Shown here: piece after piece, positions 53,655-64,000 of the stretch
How positions within the stretch are numbered: position 1 is the first letter of the stretch
Layout: the number at the start of each line of letters is the position of its first letter
Assembly: GCA_964016885.1 (NCBI GenBank)
Contig: OZ024743.1
Location: forward strand, 228,718,001 to 228,782,000
Reading direction: 5' to 3'
Length of the DNA: 64,000 nt
Origin: Eledone cirrhosa
Taxonomy: Eukaryota
Notes under the pieces: generated by a model
Told to the model about the DNA's origin: nothing
What the model saw: only the letters and a program-made list of their open reading frames with translations
Databases searched by the model: none
Made by a program: the position numbers and the translations under genes

Positions 53655-54290
53655 ATCATCATCATTTTTCCACACTAGCATGGGGGAAATGAGTTGTTCC
53701 ATTATATGACAAGTCAGATCCAGTGACTGTGTCTTGCTCATACAGAATGGTTTCTGGCTTGGTTTCTACAGCAATATTCACTTTCTAGCACCAACCACAT
53801 TTATTGTGTGGACTGGGTCCTTTTTATCATGACACCAAAATGACCACTTTACAGTATGGACTGGGCATTTTTTGTCATGTCACCAACAAGACCACTCTAC
53901 ATGGTGGTTTGGGTGCTTCCTGAGTGCTTCCTGTGATGTTACCAACACAACCACCTTACAAGGTAAACTGGATGCTCTCTGTCATGTCACTAAACTGAAC
54001 ACTCCACATGATGCACTAGTTGCCTCCTGTCGTACCATCAACACAACTAGTTTACAGGGTCGACTGGGTGCCTCATGTCATGTCACCAACATGACAACCT
54101 TAAAGGGTGGTCTAGGTGCTTATTTGTCATGTCACCAACACAACCACCTTGCAGGGAAGGCTACGTGCACTTTTGACATATCACCTTACAAGGAGGATTA
54201 GGTGCTTTTTTGTCATGACACCAACATAAGGACCTTACATGATGGACTAGGAACTTTTGTTGTCACCACCTTACAGCTTTGTGGAAAAGC
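53655..54290 (-). repeat. SINE with an internally amplified ~38-42 bp tandem array
   Basis: SINE tail at 53655-53800, then more than 10 diverged tgtcatgtcaccaac..accaccttaca..gactgggtgc units. Similar arrays at 47030-47190 and 61380-61720. Confidence 0.7.
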
Positions 54291-55785
54291 ATGTTCAGCT
54301 TTCCAGGCTTGTATGCATAGGTTGGTTAAGAGAGCAGCATGAGATGTGGAAAGTGGGGTGGAGGGAGCATGTATGTAGGATGGGGATTGGACAGGTAGGG
54401 TCCTTAGCTGGGTAAGGGTGGAATGGTAACACATGTGAGGTGTATGGAAGGGATGCTGGAAAAAATGTTTGCTTCATCCCGTGCAAATAAGAAGGTGAGT
54501 TTTCTGCAGTACTGCAGAACACCAGATATCTCGATCCTGTCATCGCATTTGAGAGGTGCAATTGTAGCTTTTATTCGCTCATCCCAAGATATATATTTAT
54601 ACATGCACACACACATAATATATATATATATTCAGTCCAGTGTGAGCAGGAGATGGTCATCTGCTCTGGTTTGTCTCACATCTGGATTACTCGTCTAACC
54701 CATGCTAGCATGGAAAAATGGATATGTGATGGTGATGATGATAATATAATATAATATATATGTTCAGTAACTTACTGGTTTGACAAAAATATATTGATAA
54801 AATAAAAGAATATATATACATACATATATACACACACACACATACACACATATATATATAATTGTTTCTACTTTTTGGCACAAGATCAGCAATTATACCA
54901 GTGTATTACTGGTACTTTATTTTATCGACCCCGTAAGGATGAAATATATATATATATATAATATTTATAATACGTTATACATATGCACACACATACATAT
55001 ATCTATATATTCATACTTAAACATTATAGGAATTTACGTTATATTTAAGCAGGTTTATAGTTTATAAGTGTAATAATTCTAAAATTTACAATCAATAATC
55101 TTCCATATAACCTATCCACATGTCTAGTAACATCACCTTAAGAAACTAACTACACTGTTCCTGCTATACATTCACTTATACAACAACACTGTCTCATATG
55201 ATCACGATAACATGTAATACACTTTAACTTTAATAAATAATACTATAGAAAATTTGTTGGCAAATTTTATGCTAAAATATGCTATTCACATGTGTGTTGT
55301 TAATATATTCCATTAAGTTATTATTGTAATAATCCATACTAAAAAGGTTGTGTCCCTTTCTTTGGTAATGATCCATATAGCTTATCAATTGGAATAACCT
55401 ATCCAGATGGTTATGTCCCTTTAGAAATAAGCTATGCTTTACTGCTTCAGTTGAATAATCTCACAAACAAGTTATGTCCCTTGAAAAAGGTAATCTTTCT
55501 ATTGTTAGAAAAATCACGACATGCAATGCAATGCAATAATAAACAAATAAATAGATAATTGAAAAATAAATAAAAGCATATCGTTTTATCAAAATGAAGA
55601 AAAGAAGATTTACAGGAATGTATTTATGAAAATATCACATAACAAGAAAAAGTAATTTGGCGAATTAATAAATAATAGTGCCAAAAAAATAAGGAAAAAA
55701 AAATAAAAGTTTCTCATCCAGTTTTTCTGACTGCTAGTGATGATGTGAAATATACACTGAGAGAGAAATGGGTAAGAAACTTACA

Positions 55786-55906
55786 TGTAGTAGTAGTAGT
55801 GGTGGTAGTAGTAGTAATAGTAGTGGTGGTGGTAGAAGTAGTGGTGGTGGTGGTAGTAGCGATGGTGGTGGTAGTAATGATGGTGGTGGTGAGGGTGATA
55901 GTAGTG

Positions 55907-55944
<38 letters not shown>

Positions 55945-56040
55945 GGTAGTGGTAGTAACAGTAGTAATGGTGGTGGTAGTGGTGGTTATGGTAATAGTTG
56001 TGGTGGCACTAGTAGCAGTAGTAGTAGCAAAGCAGCAGTA
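55786..56040. repeat. (GTA/GTG)n trinucleotide repeat
   Basis: Seen directly; gives spurious poly-V and poly-S/G ORFs. Confidence 0.95.
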
Positions 56041-58112
56041 CTACCAATAAAAATGTTAATAATAATTGTTTCAACTTTAGAAACAAGGCCAGCAATTTAG
56101 AGGGCTGAGGAAAGTCAATTAAATCAACCCCTGTGAGGTACTGGTACTTTATTTTAACACCCTAGACAGGATGAGAGGTAAGGTTGACCTCAGTTGGATT
56201 TGAAACTGTTAAACCTTCCAACATTTAGCAAAACATTCTACAAGTATTGAGATTGATATATCTTTAACATCATCATCTGGGAGAGTATCAGATAACATGA
56301 ATCTCGGCCCTTTACATTCTGAGTTCAAATTCTGTAGAGGTTAGCTTTATTTTTCATCCATATAGGGTCGATAAAATAAAGTACCAGTAACCCACTGGAG
56401 TTGATTTATTTGACTTTCCCCTCCCGCAAAATGTTTGTCCTTGTGCCTAAATCAGAAACCGTTATTTTACATCCATTTTCCGTGTTCGTATAGATTGGAG
56501 AGATCATCACAGTAAAAGACTATACTGATCAGGTGGTAACATCTTTCTCATACATTCCATTTTAAGTATGAATATTGTCACACCAACCATTTTACAGAGT
56601 GTACTAGGTGCATTTAATTGCATATAATTGATTATAGTCTTGAGGGTAAGTGCTCCAGCAAAGCCACAATCTAATGACTAAAATTAGTAAATGAAAAAAA
56701 AAACAATTGTCTGTGAGTGTGTAGTGTATGTTGGCATGGTGGAGAAGCAGAATATATATTTTTTAAAACAATGCTTAGAGAGTACACACATTTTATATTA
56801 TTTACCCATAATTTAATATAAAATTTATTAATCGTTTTAACATTTAAAAAAAATTTCTCTGCAACTTATTTACTTTTTGTCATTCCACTGAAATTTCTAT
56901 CTAGGAAGTCGCAAAATGCCTTTTAGGCAAGAAACTAAATATAATGACGTAAAATACTAGATTCCAATGTCTGTCTGTGTGTCTGTCCAGCAATCCATAA
57001 TTAGAATTAGACCAACAAGCTTAACTCAGCTGAAATCAATTAAATTTTTTGTTTTTTCTGTTTCAATTATTTTAATTTTTTTTCTATCTTTTTCGATTGT
57101 TAAATAGATAATGATGTTTAGATTTTCCTTTCAGCAATGATATTTTCATATGGAAAAATATTTAATAAGAATTTATAGAAATGAAATATAAATTATGAAC
57201 TTTTATAATTGATTTAATTAATTATACTTATGGATAATGAGTTTCATATTTCTAAGGAAATAACAGCCCCACTTTATTGTCACTACCAACTAAACAAAGA
57301 AAACAATTCACACACCCTTTCTTAAATAACCTTTGAAAGGGGAAGTTCTTTTCTTAACCCTTTTCACACTAACTTGGCCAAAATCATCTCTGGTTCTATG
57401 AAACAAAACTACCTATTTTAATGGATTCCTTCTTATAATGAAAAATTTCCAACATAATTTTATATAAGAATCATATCTTAAATTACTATTTTATTAGTGA
57501 AATAATAATTTTAGTATATCCTTCAAAATTCTTCATTAATTAATTGAAATAGAGTGTATTTCATTAGAAATACTGTCATAACTGCTTTGCAATATTTAGT
57601 TATGTCTCTTGGTATTTTGAGATTCAATCCTGCCAAGTTCGACTTTGTCTTTCATCTTTCTGATGGGAGGAGTTGCTAATATTGGTCATGTATTGGATAA
57701 ATATAATTCACTATAGCCTTCTTGACAATTTGTGGTCTTGAGCCTATGTTAGATATCAATATATACCTACATGTAAAGTCCTGAACCTAATTTTGACTTA
57801 CACTCAAAACTGGAGCCACCAAATGTTTCTGAGATGTAGAAAACTCCTCTCCAAGGAGCAGGCTTGGACAAGTTTTGTATCTTTTATGCAAGTCTTCTTT
57901 CTCCAAGTCAACAGTGTTGTCCAAGGGCTGATTCAGATTGGCGCCAATATGCACACACACATAGGCATGACTGAGTGGTTAAAGAAGTTTACTTCAGAAC
58001 CAGTCCCACTGTGTATTGTCTTGGGTATGTCTTCTACTATAATCCTGAGCTGAACAGTATCTTTCGAGTGATTCTGACAAAGAGGTACGAAAGTCCATCG
58101 TATGTGTGAGTA

Positions 58113-58164
<52 letters not shown>

Positions 58165-60178
58165 TATATTTTTTTAACTTTTCAATTTCTTTTTGTCGAA
58201 TATCTAAGATTTGAGGCATAAAGACAGACAAAGAAAACACATATGTGCATCAGGATTCTACAGTTTCTGTCTACCAAATTTCATTCTCAAGGCATTGGAC
58301 ATCCTGACGCTGTTGCAGATGACACTTGCTCAATTTGCTATACAGTGGGACTGAACCCAAAACAGCATAGTTATGAAGCAAACATTAACCATATAGACTT
58401 GCCTACACCAAGATTTTTCTGTCATTTTTCTATTAAATAAAAAACATTCTTTTTTGTTTATCATTTGCATAAATACATTTTATGTACTTAAAATATCCCA
58501 CTACCTAAATATAGATGTTAACCATGCTGCTTTGAGTACATAGAATTCTTTGAAGGCCATTACAACACTACCTGAAAACTGGATTGTTGGAACAATGCCA
58601 AAGTGACAGCAGAGCCAATAAGCCCATGTCATTAGTTTGGCAAACACTGTTGGGAGGATCAGAAACTTGACTGACTTTTCTAAGATCCTTTTGCCCCATT
58701 TATTTTTATTGTTGCTGTTGTTATTTTTCATCATTATTATTATTATCATTATTGAAGGAGGTAACTATGATTATTTTTTTTTTTCTTCTTTCAACATAAA
58801 ATGTGCTTTTGCATTTTTATTTTTTAGCCTGGAGCTTCAATTATTTCTCTTGTTTTATTTGTTCTTTTTTATCTATTCCTTCTTTACCTTTATATATATA
58901 TAAATGTATGTGTGTGCATATATATATATATATGCACACACAGACATACACACAGACATATATATATATATAAACACACACAAATATGTGTGTGTGTACA
59001 TACATACATGCACATACACACACACAAACACATACATATATATACAAGCAATGCAATCTGCATAAAGTAGTTGGCAGTGCCAGAAGCATAGCCTCCAGTC
59101 CAAATCCTGAACAAAAATTGAATGTGAGGCATGGTCGCCAACAGCAGCTCTATTATGATAAGGCATGCAAAGAGGAACATGTATATTTTCAGTAAGATAA
59201 TAAAAAATAAATTTGGGTAGAGAATACCACATGGGTTGGGGGTACGATGGGAATATCTGAAATGACAACACACACACGGACAAAAATGGTTGGACTCATA
59301 CATATGCACAAATCATTTTCCTGAGGATGAAAAATAAAATAAAATAAAATAAGGAAGGAAGACATTTCCATGAAATATATAACTGAATAAATGAAAAGAT
59401 GGAGTGTTTTATTATGTTGAAATGATAAAAATTTAAAACAACTTTACAAAATAATTTCCAAGATATATTTCTGCCAGCTGAACAAATTCAGAAACGTCAT
59501 GCTGCGAAAAAACTATGGAAGTGGTTTGTCTCTATTCTTTACAATTCCTATTAAATTTGTTTCTATCTTTTTGGTGTATTTTACCTTATACCTCATTTCA
59601 GTCCCTATCTCCCTCTCTACCATTTTTTGTTTGTTTTTTATTCCTCTTTTACCTCACGATAGAACCAAGTTTGATATATGTCAGAATAATTCAGAAACGA
59701 ATGAATTGTAGAAGAAAATTTAAGAACACGGATATTGTTTGTGAGACAAAGAAAGAGAAAAGACCTTTCTATTGCTCCTTCCTTTAGCATCATCATCATG
59801 CTATCAACAACACTTTGAATAAAATTTGTCTGCTGTTTGGACCTATTATTGTTCAATGCCTGTCAATATTTTCTAATTATGTTATACAATATCAGTATGT
59901 ATGTGTATATACATACATATCTATGTATCTTATCTATCTATACATTCATATATATTTGTGTACACACACAGGCACACAAACACACACACACACATATATA
60001 TATATATACACACACAAATATATATACATCTATCTTTCTATCTATCTGTATATGCACAAATCATATACATTACAAATATATACATTACATCACATACACA
60101 CATTCTCTCTTTCTCTGTGTGTGTATATATATATATATTTATTTGTCTGTATGTTGGTGTGTGTGTGTACTTATATAC

Positions 60179-60228
<50 letters not shown>

Positions 60229-60255
60229 GTATATATGTATATATATGTATATATG

Positions 60256-60306
<51 letters not shown>

Positions 60307-60331
60307 ATATATATATATATATGTATATATG

Positions 60332-60363
<32 letters not shown>

Positions 60364-60371
60364 TATGTATG

Positions 60372-60501
<130 letters not shown>

Positions 60502-62176
60502 TGCACATACTGATACACAACTATCCATATATATATATATATGTATTTTCATTCAGAAATAAGTAGAAAACTATATTGAATTTTAGAGGAAGAAATAAAG
60601 CAAGAGCTTACCTGCATGTATGCACACATACACTCATATAATATAGACACAAACAACAACCTCAACAACAATAATGAGAGTCAAATATGCTGCTAAACTT
60701 GAAGTTAAAGTGATATTTTATCAATAATATATGTGTATGTTTATATGAATATATATATTATATAGATATGTGTGGGTGTGTGTGTATGTGACACTGTGTG
60801 TGTATGCATGTGTGTATAATTTATTAAGGAGATAATATTTTAGAATGTTATTATATAAACAAGCTTTCAGCAAAATATAATGTATAATAAGCAATGCATT
60901 ATAAACAATACAATAAGCCTGAATGTATAGAAGTAATAAATGTTTGAGATAATAGAAGACTTAGCTATGAAAACAGAGAAGACTGTTTCAATCTCAAATT
61001 CAGAAATGAGATTCATTTGCATCAAATTCTTTAGTGTAAAGATGAATAGTTAGAGTGAAGGATCAAGTGAAATATTAACTGATGAGTATTCCAGTGCTTG
61101 GATCAATGAAACTGACAGCTTGTGTTTAATTGGCAAGTGGCTGAGCATTCCACAGACATGTGTACCCTTAATCTCAAGGAGATTCAACATGGCACAGTGT
61201 GTGACAATACCGGCCCATTGAATTACAGGTACAGCTATGCATTTTTGTCAGCTGAGTGAAATAAAGTGTCTTGTTCAAGTACACAATGTGCTACTGAAAA
61301 TCGAACTCATGACCTTACAACTGAGATTTGAATACCCTAAACATTAAGCAACACCATGACCAGACCTAGACCTTGGGGCCACCATTTAAGGTGGTAATGC
61401 TGGTGACACAGCAAAAGGCTCTAATCTACCATGTAAGGGGCTCATATTGCTGACATGACAAAAGAGCACTAAGTCCTCTCTGTAGGATAGTCATGCTGGT
61501 GATAAGACAAAAATAATCCACTCCATCCTGTTAAGTTGTCATATTGGGGACACAATAGAAGGCACCTGGCCCTCCTGTGAAGTGGTTGGGTTGGTGACAT
61601 GACAAAAATACCCTATAAGGTGGTCATGTTGATGACACGACAAAAAGCAATGTTCACACAATAAAGTGGTCATTTTCGTGCCATGGCAAAAAAAGCATCC
61701 AGACCATATTGTAAATATGTTTGGCAATAGGAAGGGATTCCAGTCATAGAAACCAAACCAATTATAGTTCTGTACAGGCAAGACATGGTCATCTCATCTG
61801 CCTCATCTCACAATGGGACAAATTCTCTAACCTATGCTAGTGTGGAAAATGGACATTAAACAGTGATGGTGAAATATGTATATACACACATAAACAGGAA
61901 GAGGGAGAGACAGAGAGAGAGAAAAAAAAAAGAGACCCTGTTTGGAGAGGGGGAGATTTTTTGGTGGGGTGGGGGTAAGACCCTATTCTTCCCCAATATA
62001 TCAGCCCCTGAGCAATACACTTTCTCACCAGTCACATACCGGCATTTAGACAATTGATTATTTATACATTGAATTATTTATACATTTAATTTCCTTGACC
62101 TCTACATAAAAATTAGTATTCTATACAGATGTAGAGGCCCTAATAATTGGAATGGTTTGACGTCAAATTCTTTTAA

Positions 62177-62393
62177 CCCTTTCATTACAAATCTGGTTCT
62201 TGTCCTATGAAACAAAACCATCCATTTTAACGGATCCTATTGAAATGAAAAATTTCCAACATAATTTTATAAAAGAACTATATGCTAAGTGACTATTTTA
62301 CTAATGAAATAATAATTTTAGTAAATCTCTCAAAATTCTTCATTGATTAATTAAGATAGAGCAGATTTCATTAGAAATATGATCCTGAAAGGG
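62177..62393. mobile_element. piggyBac-like MITE
   Basis: TTAA|CCCTTTCA...TGAAAGGG|TTAA: terminal inverted repeats with a TTAA target duplication. Diverged relatives at ~45688-45935, 48537-48772, 57355-57580, 36049-36295 and 63370-63555. Confidence 0.75.
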
Positions 62394-63571
62394 TTAAGAA
62401 GCAATGTTGCAAATTGCTGGAGAAAGACAAAGGTCAAACTAATTCCACAGGAACAAATACTGATGATTCCTTCAAGAGAAATAAAGACCTAATTGTGTCT
62501 ATTTTAATAGGAAATACCAAAATAACTCAACTGATTCTTAAAAGAGAAAGTGGGAACCAACTGCTGGAAATTTTCAAAAGAGGGGGATAGAAACCATATA
62601 GAGAAAAATGTTTGCATTTTTTGTCATCATTATTCCTTTAAGAGTGTAAGCTGAAGAACTAGCTGTCTTTATTACTGCCTGCATTCCTTATTATAATTCA
62701 TCCAAGTACCTTATTTTCTACACCATATTTGGTTGAACATAGAACCAACTCATTTATGGATCATTAGACCAAGTTTCGCATTTCCTGAACTGTTAAGATG
62801 CTGTAGAGTGTATAATCAATTTTCGAAAACCATGTTGTTCCACAATGAAACTTGGGATTTGTGCCTTAAGGGGTTAAGTTAAGCTTGTATAATTAGGGAC
62901 GAGTAACACTTGATGCCTGACTGAATGTTCTGTGTAACCAGACATTTTTTCCCTTAGAAAATTCCAGACAAAACTCTTGGTGTTGAAGTAGAAAATTGGT
63001 TATGAGCAAGGCAAATCATTTATATTTTAAACTGTGTTTCTGTCTATTTCTGTCTTTCCACCAAACATCTTCAAGAATTTCACAAATAAAATGTATTATT
63101 AGATAATGTTCTTGGTTTCTTTGCTTCTTTTCAGCAGTTATTAATTATTAATTACTAGTTAATTACTGTCAGCATCTTTTTTCTGCTATGTTAAAGGAGT
63201 AAGGTGTTGAGGGCGGTGGAAGAAAGGTGTATATTTATAATTGTATCCTTCCTATAATTACTCGTGTTGTGTGTATGCATGTGTGTGTGTGTGTGTGTAT
63301 GTGTGTGTGTGTGTATACATGTGTGTGCACACATATTTGTATTTATTCCCCCGTTTCAATTTAAGCATAACCCTTTCGTTACCATGTTTCTAATGAAATA
63401 AATAGCCTATCATTTTCAAATAATTTTGAGTAGAACTTAAAGTTTGTTACATAAAATTATTATGGAAGGTTTTTAGACAAAAATAAACACTTTAGAATAA
63501 AGTTTTGTATTACAGAACCAGGGCAGGTTTCAGGTTATTTAGTGTCAAGGGGTTCAAACCTTGCTGTCTAA

Positions 63572-63710
63572 AAGTATATATTCATGAGTAGAATAAATCA
63601 GGCTAGGTTCTGCAATTGATACCTCATCAGACTTGTGGAATTCACAAGTCTGATAAGCTATCGATTTTGATCGTACCTTGAACTGATCGATCATGAAATG
63701 CATATCACAC
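63572..63710. other. Remnant of a back-to-back hammerhead pair
   Basis: Hairpin attgatacctcatcagacttgtg/cacaagtctgataagctatcgat (63615-63665). Minus core CTGATGA, plus core CTGATAA, followed by GAA(A)TATAT and GAAATGCATA respectively. Confidence 0.35.
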
Positions 63711-64000
63711 ATGAATAAACATAATAATGATACTTTATTGATACCTCATTCTTGCTCCTTATTATTATTATCATCATTGAGAGTGGGGTATTCGCAGTAT
63801 CAGTAGTGTCAGACAACATGCTTCGCAGCATACAGTTATGGCCCTTTACAGTCTGAGTTACAATCCCGCTGAGGATATATATATATATTATTAAAGGTCT
63901 CTGATACTAAAAACATCTCAATGATATATATATCTATATATATATATATATATAACAAAGAAGGTGTGGTAAAATACCAGGTGGACCATAACGCACCAGA

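Overview
AT-rich eukaryotic DNA, dense in repeats and (TA)n/(CA)n microsatellites, with one 200-N gap. The SINE and LINE content looks like a coleoid cephalopod (Octopus-like) genome; that assignment is an inference from repeat style. I cannot support any intact host protein-coding gene, so the window reads as intronic or intergenic. Recognisable parts: a decayed CR1 LINE (RT domain, 20.1-22.0 kb), two R4/Dong-type restriction-like-endonuclease LINE fragments in (TAA)n, RTE 3' fragments, many tRNA-derived SINEs, a TTAA-flanked piggyBac-like MITE family, and a 1.7-kb Pro/Thr/Lys (reverse strand Gly/Val) minisatellite ORF. The most striking unannotated signal is a set of type I hammerhead-ribozyme motifs (CUGAnGA...GAAA, palindromic stem III, paired stems I and II). 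They cluster at 51.8-52.8 kb, with more at 33.9 and 11.3 kb and remnants elsewhere. Several sit in back-to-back fold-back elements embedded in (TA)n, resembling non-autonomous Penelope-like or retrozyme-type elements. Also notable: a 126-bp inverted templated insertion with a target-site duplication, copied from 2.4 kb away, plus candidate microexons and a recursive-splice-like site. All folds were done by eye and coordinates of degenerate repeats are approximate.
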